Positions 1 to 9,490 of a stretch of 32,374 bases of DNA are shown here, piece after piece. Position numbers and translations under genes: made by a program. Position 1 is the first letter of the stretch, and each line of letters begins with the position of its first letter. The stretch covers positions 2,344 to 34,717 of the forward strand of contig JAXHSS010000001.1 of the NCBI GenBank assembly GCA_034190675.1, written 5' to 3'. The notes beneath the pieces are model-generated. The model ran no database searches. It was not told where the DNA came from and saw only the letters and a program-made list of their open reading frames with translations. The DNA comes from Pseudomonadota bacterium (GTDB taxonomy: Bacteria; Pseudomonadota; Gammaproteobacteria; Pseudomonadales; JAXHSS01).

Positions 1-638
1 CCGATTTGGTCAAAATAGAACACATTATCAATAAAGCTCGGTGGCTGGCTCAGATCAAGCAGCTTTGCGCCTAAATGAGGGTATTCAACTCGAAAGGCAA
101 TGGCATCAGCAGCAGCTTGCTCCACCAAAATGGTGGTTTCACTCACCCGGCCAAGGCGAGAAAGGTGCTCGATCCAGCGCAATAAAGCGACCAAAATCAC
201 CACGATGATGACAATGGTGGCCAGAAATAATACAAAGCGCCCAGTTTCATTAAATATGCCCGCCTCGAGCGCGATAATGCCGATGAGACTGTATTGAAAC
301 GCGCCAATAAAGGTGGCGAGCACATTGTGCGTTGTGGAGTCTTGACGAACCAGCTTAGTGGCTCGCGGCGTCACACTGGAGCTGGCGGCTGAATACGCTG
401 AAACCATTACACTAAGCGAGAATGTCGTTACACCTAAAAGACTGGTGGCGAGGATATGAAGAATTTTGCCGACCGAATTTTGCCCCACGGTAAATGGCAA
501 TACCCAGTCGAGATCAAACTGAAACTGGATGACATAGGCGGCTAACACGGTCACCAACGCGACAATGCCAAGAATCGAGGCGCGCCACCATAAGTTTCCG
601 ACGAGCTGTTTGAGCAACCATTGCCATTTGCTAAGCAT
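1..638 (-). CDS. Predicted membrane protein, DUF2254-like (3' end runs off the window)
   Basis: Manual minus-strand translation from ATG 638 (alternative in-frame ATG at 650): MLSKWQWLLKQLVGNLWWRASILGIVALVTVLAAY...ILHILATSLLGVTTFSLSVMVSAYSAASSSVTPRATKLVRQDSTTHNVLATFIGAFQYSLIGII...LLRWIEHLSRLGRV. Several hydrophobic helices and a TFSLS..A...ASS..TPRA pattern recalled for DUF2254. Absent from the ORF track because its stop lies outside the window. Confidence 0.75.
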   Translation of the reverse strand, partial: MLSKWQWLLKQLVGNLWWRASILGIVALVTVLAAYVIQFQFDLDWVLPFTVGQNSVGKILHILATSLLGVTTFSLSVMVSAYSAASSSVTPRATKLVRQDSTTHNVLATFIGAFQYSLIGIIALEAGIFNETGRFVLFLATIVIIVVILVALLRWIEHLSRLGRVSETTILVEQAAADAIAFRVEYPHLGAKLLDLSQPPSFIDNVFYFDQI

Positions 639-929
639 AGAGGGTTCCATTTTTAGGCGGCTTCGGCGTGCGAGCCCAGTTAAGACGCCCACAGTGTAGC
701 ATGATTTTTTGATGGGTAGAGCCAGTCGGTGCCGATCAGAAAGACAAACTCAAGCAGCAGTTGCGCACAGAAGCGCAAAAAAACGATGTCAAATCTGACA
801 AAACGGCTTAGACAAGACCAAGCAAAAAAGCTGATAAAAGTAAATGTGAAATAGATATTGAGCTAAGAGCTGAGTTTGCGTGCTGAGATGTGTTTGCTAG
901 CAAGAGACGAACCAGCGCGTTCGTTTATT

Positions 930-1016
930 TGGTGCCGAGGGAGGGACTTGAACCCTCACTCTGTTTCCAGAACCGGATTTTGAATCCGGCGTGTCTACCA
1001 ATTTCACCACCTCGGC
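930..1016 (-). tRNA. tRNA-Leu (anticodon CAA)
   Basis: Reverse complement GCCGAGGTGGTGAAATTGGTAGACACGCCGGATTCAAAATCCGGTTCTGGAAACAGAGTGAGGGTTCAAGTCCCTCCCTCGGCACCA: 87 nt, acceptor stem GCCGAGG/CCTCGGC, anticodon arm CCGGA-TTCAAAA-TCCGG, long variable arm, GGTTCAA T-loop, encoded CCA. Confidence 0.97.
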
Positions 1017-1203
1017 AAGATGGGTTGCTCGAAAACGTAGCGGTGCATTATAGCAATTCGTTTGTGCAGGTCAACGAAGTTTTTTCTACTCTTTTTGAAG
1101 TGTTACCAAGCGCTACTTTTTCAGGGGCTGTTTTGGCCGTGAAATTTGCGCAAAACCGTTGATTAGCTTAACATCTTGAGCAGTTCAAACCATCGGCATT
1201 TCT

Positions 1204-2085
1204 ATGAAAAAGTTATCTTCTGGCGCAAGAATGCGCAAAGCTATCGAAACGGAAAAACCTTTACAAGTTGCAGGCACGATCAATGCTTATACAGCGCTTA
1301 TGGCTGAGCAAGTTGGTTTTCAAGCCATTTATCTATCAGGCGCAGGTGTTGCTAATGCCTCTTTTGGCCTGCCTGACTTGGGCATGACTAGCCTTGAAAA
1401 CGTAGTAGAAGATGCCAAACGCATCACGGGTGCGACAGAAGTGCCTTTGTTGGTGGATATCGATACTGGTTGGGGTGGCGCATTTAATATTGGCCGTACG
1501 ATCAAAGAAATGGAGCGAGCGGGTGTAGCTGCCGTTCATATTGAAGACCAAGTGGCGCAGAAGCGTTGTGGCCACCGTCCTAATAAGGCGATTGTTTCTA
1601 CGGCTGAAATGGTTGACCGATTGAAAGCAGCTCTTGATGCGAAAGTTGATGAGGATTTTATCGTGATGGCGCGTACGGATGCGTTGTCTGTTGAGGGTCT
1701 TGATGCAGCTGTTGAGCGTGCGGTTGCCTTCCAAGAAGCTGGTGCTGATGCGATCTTTGCTGAGGCATTAACTGATATTGATATGTATCACAAGTTTACG
1801 GATGTTTTGGACATTCCTGTGCTGGCGAATATGACCGAGTTTGGTCAAACCGACCTTTACACCACGGAGCAGCTCGGTGCTGTAGGCGTTGATATGGTGC
1901 TTTACCCACTATCGGCCTTCCGTGCGATGAACAAAGCGGCATTAAATGTTTATCAAGCATTACGCGCTAATGGCACGCAGGAGTCAGTTGTCGATACGAT
2001 GCAGACTCGCGCAGAGCTATATGAATTCCTAAATTACCATGCATTCGAGCAGAAGCTGGATGCACTTTTTAATGAGTCTAAGTAA
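1204..2085 (+). CDS. prpB: Methylisocitrate lyase
   Basis: KRCGH catalytic motif ([10 protein letters not shown]), [18 protein letters not shown] and VDIDTGWG; first gene of the prp cluster. Confidence 0.95.
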   Translation: MKKLSSGARMRKAIETEKPLQVAGTINAYTALMAEQVGFQAIYLSGAGVANASFGLPDLGMTSLENVVEDAKRITGATEVPLLVDIDTGWGGAFNIGRTIKEMERAGVAAVHIEDQVAQKRCGHRPNKAIVSTAEMVDRLKAALDAKVDEDFIVMARTDALSVEGLDAAVERAVAFQEAGADAIFAEALTDIDMYHKFTDVLDIPVLANMTEFGQTDLYTTEQLGAVGVDMVLYPLSAFRAMNKAALNVYQALRANGTQESVVDTMQTRAELYEFLNYHAFEQKLDALFNESK

Positions 2086-2108
2086 GTCATAACGAGGAGA
2101 TTAAGAAC

Positions 2109-3248
2109 ATGGCAAAACAACTTTCAGGCGCTGGCCTTCGTGGTCAGGTTGCTGGCAAAACCGCTCTTTCAACCGTTGGCGTTTCAGGCTCTGGCCTGAC
2201 TTATCGTGGTTATGACGTTAAAGACTTAGCAGAAAGCTGCATCTTTGAAGAAGTCGCTTACTTGATTCTTAAAGGCAAGCTGCCAAACCAAGCCGAACTC
2301 GATGCTTACAAAGCCGAGCTTAAAGGCATGCGCGACCTTCCTCAGCCGCTCAAAGAAGTGCTAGAGCGCATCCCTGCTGATGCTCACCCAATGGACGTGA
2401 TGCGCACGGGCTGCTCAATGCTCGGCAACCTTGAAGGTGAAGATACAACTGAAATGGGCGTTTTCCCTGATCAGCAAGAAAAAACTGACCGTATGCTAGC
2501 GGCTTTCCCTGGCATTATTTGTTATTGGTACCGCTTCAGCCACGATGGCGTGCGTATCGATACTGATTTGGACGATGAAACGATCGGCGGCCATTTCTTG
2601 CATATGCTTCATGGCAAAAAGCCGAGCGAGCTGCATGAGCGTGTAATGAACGTTTCATTAATTCTTTATGCAGAGCATGAGTTCAATGCATCAACATTTA
2701 CGGCGCGTGTTTGTGCTTCAACATTATCGGATATTTTCTCGTGCATTACAGGCGCGATCGGCTCTCTTCGCGGTCCACTTCATGGTGGTGCTAACGAAGC
2801 CGCAATGGAGCTTATTGAAAAGATGAACGATGCGGATCACGCAGAAGAAACCTTGATGGGCATGCTTGAGCGCAAAGAGAAAATCATGGGCTTTGGCCAC
2901 GCGATCTACAGCGAGTCTGACCCACGTAACGTGATCATCAAAGGCTGGTCTGAGCAGCTGGCTGAAGAAGTGGGCGATGAGACACTTTATCCTGTTTCTG
3001 TTCGCTGTGAAGAAGTGATGTGGCGTGAGAAAAAGCTTTTCTGTAACGCTGATTTCTTCCATGCCTCGGCTTATAACTTCATGGGCATTCCTACGAAGTT
3101 GTTCACTCCGATCTTTGTTATGTCTCGTCTAACAGGCTGGGCTGCTCACGTGATGGAGCAACGTGCAGACAACCGCATTATCCGCCCAAGCGCTGAATAT
3201 ACGGGCGAGGACCTTCGCGACGTAACACCGATCGCTGAGCGCGCATAA
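2109..3248 (+). CDS. prpC: 2-methylcitrate synthase
   Basis: Citrate synthase motifs HEFNASTFTAR, GPLHGGANE, GFGHAIY, NADFF; N-terminal GAGLRGQVAG typical of PrpC; RBS GAGGAG; operon context. Confidence 0.95.
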   Translation: MAKQLSGAGLRGQVAGKTALSTVGVSGSGLTYRGYDVKDLAESCIFEEVAYLILKGKLPNQAELDAYKAELKGMRDLPQPLKEVLERIPADAHPMDVMRTGCSMLGNLEGEDTTEMGVFPDQQEKTDRMLAAFPGIICYWYRFSHDGVRIDTDLDDETIGGHFLHMLHGKKPSELHERVMNVSLILYAEHEFNASTFTARVCASTLSDIFSCITGAIGSLRGPLHGGANEAAMELIEKMNDADHAEETLMGMLERKEKIMGFGHAIYSESDPRNVIIKGWSEQLAEEVGDETLYPVSVRCEEVMWREKKLFCNADFFHASAYNFMGIPTKLFTPIFVMSRLTGWAAHVMEQRADNRIIRPSAEYTGEDLRDVTPIAERA

Positions 3249-3256
3249 AATAACCG

Positions 3257-3284
3257 AAAAGGCCTGCATGTCAGGCCTTTTTTT
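3257..3284 (+). terminator. Intrinsic terminator-like hairpin between prpC and acnD
   Basis: AAAAGGCCTG-catgt-CAGGCC followed by T7. Confidence 0.6.
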
Positions 3285-3319
3285 GATGTTGAATTCTCAA
3301 ATTGAATGAAGAACGCTTT

Positions 3320-5926
3320 ATGAACACGAATTATCGCAAACCGCTTCCAAATACTGATTTGGACTATTTTGATACCCGCCAAGCTGTTGAAGACATCCAG
3401 TCAGGCGCTTATGACAAACTCCCATATACCTCGAAAATTTTGGCAGAGCAATTGGTACGCCGTTGTGAGCCTGAGGTGCTGACCGACTCACTTAAACAGT
3501 TGATTGAACGCAAACGTGACTTAGATTTCCCGTGGTATCCAGCGCGTGTGGTTTGTCACGATATTTTGGGACAAACAGCGTTAGTTGACCTTGCGGGTCT
3601 GCGTGATGCGATTGCCGAAAAAGGCGGTGATCCAGCTAAAGTGAACCCAGTTGTTCCAACACAGCTGATTGTTGACCATTCACTTGCAGTTGAGCACCCA
3701 GGTTTTGAAGAAAACGCGTTTGAGAAAAACCGTGCGGTAGAAGAGCGTCGTAACGAAGACCGTTTCCACTTTATTAACTGGACAAAAACAGCGTTTGAAA
3801 ACATTGACGTGATTCCACCGGGCAACGGCATCATGCACCAAATTAACTTGGAGAAAATGTCTCCAGTAGTACAAGTGCGTGGCGAAGGTGCGGGTAAACG
3901 TGTGGCATTCCCTGATACGTGCGTGGGTACAGACAGCCACACGCCAATGGTTGATGCGCTTGGCGTTATCTCCGTAGGTGTTGGCGGCTTGGAAGCTGAA
4001 AGCGTGATGTTAGGCCGACCATCGTATATGCGCTTGCCGGACATCGTAGGTGTTGAGCTGGTTGGTCAACTTGCACCGGGTATTATCGGTACGGACTTGG
4101 TACTGGCGCTAACACAATTCTTGCGCCAAGAGCGCGTTGTCGGTGCTTACCTTGAATTCTTCGGTGAGGGTGCGTCGTCTTTGAGCTTAGGCGACCGCGC
4201 AACGATTGCCAACATGACACCTGAATATGGCGCAACAGCTGCCATGTTCTCAATCGACGAAAAAACCATTGATTATCTTCGCCTTACAGGTCGTGAAGAA
4301 GAGCAAGTGCAACTTGTTGAGCATTTTGCTAAGCACACAGGTCTTTGGTCTGATACGCTCAAAGGTGCTGAATATGAGCGTGTATTGCGCTTTGATATGT
4401 CTACGGTTGGCCGCAACTTGGCGGGTCCATCAAATCCACATGCGTTATTACCAACGGCTGACTTGGCTTCTCGCGGTATTGCCGCTGATTACACCGAAGA
4501 AGAAGGCCTAATGCCTGATGGCGCGGTGATTATCGCGGCGATTACCAGCTGTACGAATACATCGAACCCGCGCAATATTATCGCTGCGGGCTTGTTAGCA
4601 CGTAATGCCAACAAGCTGGGTTTAACGCGCAAGCCGTGGGTGAAATCATCACTCGCACCGGGTTCTAAAACGGTAAAACTCTATCTTGAGGACAGCAACT
4701 TATTGCCAGAGCTTCAACAGCTCGGTTTTGACGTGGTGGCGTTTGCATGTACTACCTGTAATGGTATGAGTGGCGCGCTTGATCCGAAGATTCAAGAAGA
4801 AGTCGTTAGCCGCGACTTGTATTCAACCGCTGTGCTCTCGGGCAACCGTAACTTTGACGGACGCATTCACCCGTACGCGAAGCAAGCGTTCTTGGCATCG
4901 CCGCCGTTGGTTGTTGCCTACGCGATTGCTGGCTCGATTCGTTTTGATATTGAAAAAGACGCACTAGGCACTGATGCACAAGGCAACCCGATTTATCTGA
5001 AAGATATTTGGCCAAGCGATGACGAAATTACGGAAATCATGAATGCTTCGGTTAAACCTGAGCAATTCCGTAAAGTCTACATCCCGATGTTTGAAGCAAC
5101 GGGCGAAAACGAAAAAGGCGACCCGCTGTATGATTGGCGTCCAATGAGCACCTATATTCGCCGTCCGCCTTACTGGGAAGGCGCATTGGCTGGTGAGCGC
5201 ACCATGAAGGGCATGCGTCCGCTGGCGGTGTTGCCTGACAATATCACGACTGACCACTTGTCGCCGTCGAACGCGATTTTGGCCTCAAGTGCAGCGGGTG
5301 AATACTTGGCGAAAATGGGCTTACCAGAGGAAGACTTTAACTCGTATGCAACGCACCGTGGCGACCATTTGACAGCACAACGTGCCACATTTGCTAACCC
5401 TAAACTTATGAACGAAATGGTGCTGGATGAGAACGGTGACGTGCGTCAAGGTTCATTGGCCCGTATCGAGCCAGAAGGCAAAGTCGTGCGTATGTGGGAA
5501 GCCATTGAGACGTATATGGAGCGTAAGCAGCCGCTGATTATCGTGGCTGGTGCTGACTACGGCCAAGGCTCATCACGTGACTGGGCGGCGAAAGGTGTGC
5601 GCTTAGCAGGTGTTGAAGTCATTGCAGCCGAAGGCTTTGAGCGTATTCACCGTACTAACTTGATTGGTATGGGCGTGTTGCCATTGCAATTTGAAGCGGG
5701 TACGACACGCAAAACGCTGGAGCTTGATGGTACAGAAACATACGACGTTGAGGGTGAAATTGCCGCAGGTGGCACAATGACGTTGGTGATTAATCGTGCC
5801 AATGGCGAGCAGGTCAAAGTGCCAATGCTTAGCAGATTAGACACCGAAGATGAAGTTACAACGTACAGCGCAGGTGGCTTGCTACAACGCTTTGCAAAAG
5901 ACTTTATCGAGTCGTCAGTCGCTTAA
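3320..5926 (+). CDS. acnD: Fe/S-dependent 2-methylisocitrate dehydratase AcnD
   Basis: Aconitase family: VDHSL, GTDSHT, AAITSCTNTSN, CTTCNGMSG, SGNRNFDGRIHP, TTDHLSP, GQGSSRDWAAKG. RVVCHDILGQTALVDLAGLRD is AcnD-type. Lies between prpC and prpF. ATG 3320 preferred over the track's TTG 3302. Confidence 0.95.
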   Translation: MNTNYRKPLPNTDLDYFDTRQAVEDIQSGAYDKLPYTSKILAEQLVRRCEPEVLTDSLKQLIERKRDLDFPWYPARVVCHDILGQTALVDLAGLRDAIAEKGGDPAKVNPVVPTQLIVDHSLAVEHPGFEENAFEKNRAVEERRNEDRFHFINWTKTAFENIDVIPPGNGIMHQINLEKMSPVVQVRGEGAGKRVAFPDTCVGTDSHTPMVDALGVISVGVGGLEAESVMLGRPSYMRLPDIVGVELVGQLAPGIIGTDLVLALTQFLRQERVVGAYLEFFGEGASSLSLGDRATIANMTPEYGATAAMFSIDEKTIDYLRLTGREEEQVQLVEHFAKHTGLWSDTLKGAEYERVLRFDMSTVGRNLAGPSNPHALLPTADLASRGIAADYTEEEGLMPDGAVIIAAITSCTNTSNPRNIIAAGLLARNANKLGLTRKPWVKSSLAPGSKTVKLYLEDSNLLPELQQLGFDVVAFACTTCNGMSGALDPKIQEEVVSRDLYSTAVLSGNRNFDGRIHPYAKQAFLASPPLVVAYAIAGSIRFDIEKDALGTDAQGNPIYLKDIWPSDDEITEIMNASVKPEQFRKVYIPMFEATGENEKGDPLYDWRPMSTYIRRPPYWEGALAGERTMKGMRPLAVLPDNITTDHLSPSNAILASSAAGEYLAKMGLPEEDFNSYATHRGDHLTAQRATFANPKLMNEMVLDENGDVRQGSLARIEPEGKVVRMWEAIETYMERKQPLIIVAGADYGQGSSRDWAAKGVRLAGVEVIAAEGFERIHRTNLIGMGVLPLQFEAGTTRKTLELDGTETYDVEGEIAAGGTMTLVINRANGEQVKVPMLSRLDTEDEVTTYSAGGLLQRFAKDFIESSVA

Positions 5927-6006
5927 TTGCGCAAACGCCTAGCTGCTGAGTTGCAAAACCCAGTAGCTACGCCTGTCACTCGCCATTGCGATGCCGACAT
6001 ATACCT

Positions 6007-6134
6007 GTCATTGCGAGCATAGCGAAGCAATCTAAGCACGGCGTTTAAAACTCGTCATTACGAGCATAGCGAAGCAAGCTAAGTGCAGCGTTTAATGCTC
6101 GTCACGGCAGCTAAACGTTGCGCTTCGCAATGAC
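6007..6134. repeat. REP-like composite repeat: two 47-bp direct units closed by an inverted end
   Basis: GTCATTGCGAGCATAGCGAAGCAATCTAAGCACGGCGTTTAAAACTC (6007-6053) and GTCATTACGAGCATAGCGAAGCAAGCTAAGTGCAGCGTTTAATGCTC (6054-6100); a third GTCA start at 6101; TCGCAATGAC (6125-6134) is the reverse complement of GTCATTGCGA (6007-6016). Confidence 0.8.
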
Positions 6135-6281
6135 ATACATTTAGCAATAAGATGTATTCAGTAATGACACGGATTCAGCAGTGACGCTTTTTCAGAATAT
6201 TCGTGTTTACGTTTACGGCTGCTGATTACTTGTCTAGCCGTACACGCAGAACCAAACCCATCAAACTAATTTGAGAACCTT

Positions 6282-7466
6282 ATGAGCCACAAACCTCAAA
6301 TCACAATTCCTGCCACGTATATGCGTGGCGGCACATCAAAAGGTGTGTTTTTTAATCTTGCGGACTTACCCGAAGCGGCACAGACACCCGGCGCGATTCG
6401 CGATCAATTATTGCTGCGCGTTATCGGAAGCCCTGATCCATACGGCAAACATACTGACGGCATGGGCGGTGCGACTTCAAGCACTAGTAAAACGGTCATT
6501 TTGAGCAAGAGTGATCAAGCCGACCACGATGTAAATTACCTATTCGGACAAGTCGCCATCGATAAGCCGTTTATCGATTGGGGCGGCAATTGCGGGAATT
6601 TAACTGCAGCAGTGGGTGCATTTGCCATCACACAAGGCTTGGTAGATGCGGCCAATATTCCCGAAAATGGCATTGCGACCGTGCGCATTTGGCAACAAAA
6701 CATCGAGAAAACTATTATCGCCAAAGTGCCAATGACAGATGGTCAGGTGCAAGAAACTGGCGACTTCGAGCTAGATGGCGTCACTTTCCCAGCAGCAGAA
6801 GTGCAAATCGAGTTTTTAAACCCCGTGTCAGAAGACAGTGCCATGTTCCCGACGGGCAATCTTGTCGATACGCTTGAAGTGCCGGGCATTGGCAGCTTCG
6901 AAGCAACCTTTATCAATGCGGGCATCCCAACCATCTTTTTAAAAGCAGAAGCTTTAGGCTATAGCGGCGACGAGCTGCAAAAAGACATCAACAGTGATGC
7001 ACAAGCACTGGAAAAGTTTGAGACCATTCGCGCCCACGGCGGCGTTAAGATGGGTATTTTCGAGACAGTCGAAGGTGCTGTGACAAGCCAGCACGTGCCC
7101 AAGGTTGCATTTGTCGCACCAGCGAAAAGCTATACCGCCTCAAGTGGCAAAGCGGTCGATGCCGAATCGATTGATCTGTTAGTGCGCGCACTCTCGATGG
7201 GACAATTACACCACGCCATGATGGGCACCTGTGCAGTGGCAATCAGTGTTGCCGCCTGCATTCCAAATACCTTAGTGAATTTAGCCGCAGGCGGTGGTGC
7301 ACGTGAAGCTGTGGTGTTCGGTCACCCGTCAGGCACGCTGAAAGTCGGTGCAGAAGCCGTAGAGCAAGACGGCAAATGGTTAGCGAAAAAAGCCATTATG
7401 AGTCGTAGCGCACGCGTGCTAATGAGCGGCCAAGTGCATGTGCCAGCCACAGTTTTAGACAACTAA
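6282..7466 (+). CDS. prpF: 2-methylaconitate cis-trans isomerase PrpF
   Basis: YMRGGTSKGVFF, GSPDPYG..DGMGGATSSTSK, GNCGNL, HHAMMGT, GHPSGTL, RSARVLM; follows acnD. Confidence 0.95.
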   Translation: MSHKPQITIPATYMRGGTSKGVFFNLADLPEAAQTPGAIRDQLLLRVIGSPDPYGKHTDGMGGATSSTSKTVILSKSDQADHDVNYLFGQVAIDKPFIDWGGNCGNLTAAVGAFAITQGLVDAANIPENGIATVRIWQQNIEKTIIAKVPMTDGQVQETGDFELDGVTFPAAEVQIEFLNPVSEDSAMFPTGNLVDTLEVPGIGSFEATFINAGIPTIFLKAEALGYSGDELQKDINSDAQALEKFETIRAHGGVKMGIFETVEGAVTSQHVPKVAFVAPAKSYTASSGKAVDAESIDLLVRALSMGQLHHAMMGTCAVAISVAACIPNTLVNLAAGGGAREAVVFGHPSGTLKVGAEAVEQDGKWLAKKAIMSRSARVLMSGQVHVPATVLDN

Positions 7467-7476
7467 CAAACCTATT

Positions 7477-7527
7477 AGCCTGTTCCACCCTTGATCACTT
7501 CCACCCTTAACAAAGGTGGAATGGGCT
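7477..7527. terminator. Hairpin between convergent prpF and the ATPase gene, with a duplicated 5' arm
   Basis: TTCCACCCTT occurs at 7483 and 7499; either copy can pair imperfectly with AAAGGTGGAA at about 7512-7521. No clear U-tract. Confidence 0.35.
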
Positions 7528-7591
7528 GTGTCTTTGGCCGCGAGGGCCCACTGACAAGAAAATTCCTTCATCTAAAGCTGTGACCTTATGG

Positions 7592-9490
7592 TTAATTAAA
7601 TGATTTTAGGCTTTTATTTGACTCACTATACTCCTCACCAACTATATAACCCTCTGAATTTAAACTTTGATCAATAGCTTTTGTCGCAAAGATTAATTGA
7701 AACTCTGTTTGATAACTAGATAGAGCATCAACTACGATCTTTTGAAAGTTCTTAGAGCGGCCATCCTCCATCCCTCCATTTTCAATCCCATCGAGCACCA
7801 AAAATCTCGGAAGGCGTATATATTTTTTTTCAAGTGCAGCCATCAACAGAGCAACATGAAAGGCGTTATTTAACAAGACCATTCCACTTTCTGAGAACGC
7901 TGTTTTTCCATTCACAGATACACTATTGGCTGCGAAATCAAACTCTGCATACTCTGCATTTTTAAACTCCTTTTCTGAGCCATTATCTTTTCGAAGCAAC
8001 TCACAAAGCTTCTCAGATATAAGCGCATTCACTTCCGGTTCTCTCTTAAGTTTTTGTTTTTCTATCAATTCTATTTTGTCATTAAGCCTATTAACTTCAG
8101 ACTGAACACTTTCTCGTTCACCTCGCAATTCGATTAAGGACTGATGAAGCTCGGCAATTTTATCTAATGTTTGAAGTTTTTCTTCGAGCTCACCTGTTAG
8201 CCGGTAAAGATCAAATAGCTGCCTTTCTTTGCTTGCATCGACAGAGCTCATGGTTGCAGTAACTTTGCTAACTTGTTTCCTGAATAAGCTTCTTAATTCC
8301 TTTCGCTTATTTGTAAGATCCGTTAGTTTTTGCTTTTTCTTTTCCAATAACTTTTCAGATTCACGAAGCTGGATTGCTATTTCATTCTTCATTCTAAGGA
8401 GACTATTCGAACTGTCTGTTGACTCTATCGGCTCACCACATACGCTACAGCAGTCCTTAGCTTTTTCTTTGAGTGATTTATTACAACTTGGACACGATGA
8501 GAATTTGAATCCATCAATCAAACCTCCAACTTTAATTGAGTCTCTTAGCGCACACTGTTTGTCAATAAGCTCAGATACAAACTCTTCAGAGTCAAGTATA
8601 TTGTAATTCAACTGATGTATTTCAGTTTCCACTTCTAGCAATTTGTTCCGAGTTGTTACACTAACTTTTGCTGAGGATTCAGTTTCTTTTTTATCAGAAC
8701 TATATGAAATCATAGACTTCTCTTTAATATCTATAATTTCGACATTAATAGAGGCAATTTTATCTAATATATTTTTTTTCTGTTCTTCAATGGTTCCAAT
8801 ACCCTCACCAAAAGAAGTCTTTCCAACAACCGACTGAATTGCCTGAAGTTTTGCAATTATTTTTTGTAGATTCTTTTCTTCTTCAACAAGTTTTATCTTT
8901 GCGTCATAAAGTTCATTATCGTACAAGCCTAATAAGTATTTACCTACAGATTCCCTTTTAAATGCAGAATCGAACGGCTCATTGTTAAATAAGGCGCTAG
9001 AGGTATTTGATTGGTCTGCATAAATTAGACGAAATACCTGATGTAAAGTTACATTGTTATTGTTTGCATCTGCTTTTACTTCGGGCAGGCCAAGTAAATC
9101 AAACATTTGTTGGGAAAAACTCGGCTTGCTTCCTATTGAATAGGGATAATTAAACCAATTTGTGAGAGGAGAGGCCAATGCCGCATCCATTTCTGAAAAA
9201 CAAAAATCCATTGATTGCTTATCTGAACCATTGTTTTTGCGCTTAATGGTAACGGGACTGCCATTGACTTTTAACTCAACATAAATATTGTCACAAAGAC
9301 TCGCTTCTTCTTTCCAATTTGGGACTTCGTATCCTAGTCCATACATTAAAAGTTGAATTACGGAGGTTTTGCCAGAACCATTCTTACCAGACAATACATT
9401 AACGCCATGATGAAAGGCTTCATCAAAAGCGACTATAGAGCCTCTTTTTACATGAAGCCTCTCAACCTTCAAAGTAGGTTTAATTAACAT
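7592..9490 (-). CDS. SMC/Rad50-like ABC ATPase, Lamassu LmuB-like / ABC-three-component ATPase
   Basis: Walker A GKNGSGKT, Q-loop LIYADQ, long coiled coils flanking a central CPSC...CSVC zinc-hook-like region, degenerate signature FSESG, Walker B FLVLDGIENGGME. 632 aa; last gene of an overlapping cassette. Confidence 0.85.
   Translation of the reverse strand: MLIKPTLKVERLHVKRGSIVAFDEAFHHGVNVLSGKNGSGKTSVIQLLMYGLGYEVPNWKEEASLCDNIYVELKVNGSPVTIKRKNNGSDKQSMDFCFSEMDAALASPLTNWFNYPYSIGSKPSFSQQMFDLLGLPEVKADANNNNVTLHQVFRLIYADQSNTSSALFNNEPFDSAFKRESVGKYLLGLYDNELYDAKIKLVEEEKNLQKIIAKLQAIQSVVGKTSFGEGIGTIEEQKKNILDKIASINVEIIDIKEKSMISYSSDKKETESSAKVSVTTRNKLLEVETEIHQLNYNILDSEEFVSELIDKQCALRDSIKVGGLIDGFKFSSCPSCNKSLKEKAKDCCSVCGEPIESTDSSNSLLRMKNEIAIQLRESEKLLEKKKQKLTDLTNKRKELRSLFRKQVSKVTATMSSVDASKERQLFDLYRLTGELEEKLQTLDKIAELHQSLIELRGERESVQSEVNRLNDKIELIEKQKLKREPEVNALISEKLCELLRKDNGSEKEFKNAEYAEFDFAANSVSVNGKTAFSESGMVLLNNAFHVALLMAALEKKYIRLPRFLVLDGIENGGMEDGRSKNFQKIVVDALSSYQTEFQLIFATKAIDQSLNSEGYIVGEEYSESNKSLKSFN

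Noticed and set aside
100-297. 65-aa plus-strand ORF
   Set aside because: Antisense to the DUF2254-like gene on the minus strand.
660-930. Possible integrative element at the tRNA-Leu 3' end
   Set aside because: No integrase and no duplicate of the tRNA 3' end were seen in the window; the downstream gene is an ordinary membrane protein.
890-1162. 90-aa plus-strand ORF
   Set aside because: It is the antisense reading of tRNA-Leu (VPREGLEPS is a typical tRNA shadow translation).
6007-6134. 47-bp periodic repeats as a mini CRISPR array
   Set aside because: The would-be spacers are similar to each other, there are only 2-3 units, and no cas genes are present.
8229-8837. Plus-strand ORFs of 125 and 64 aa
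   Set aside because: Antisense shadows of the coiled-coil ATPase with no recognisable motifs.
7592-9490. ATPase as housekeeping SbcC, RecN or Smc, or as Wadjet JetC
   Set aside because: No SbcD, ScpAB or JetABD-like neighbours; shorter than Smc/JetC; AT-rich; the CTD-middle component-ATPase order fits Lamassu/ABC-3C.
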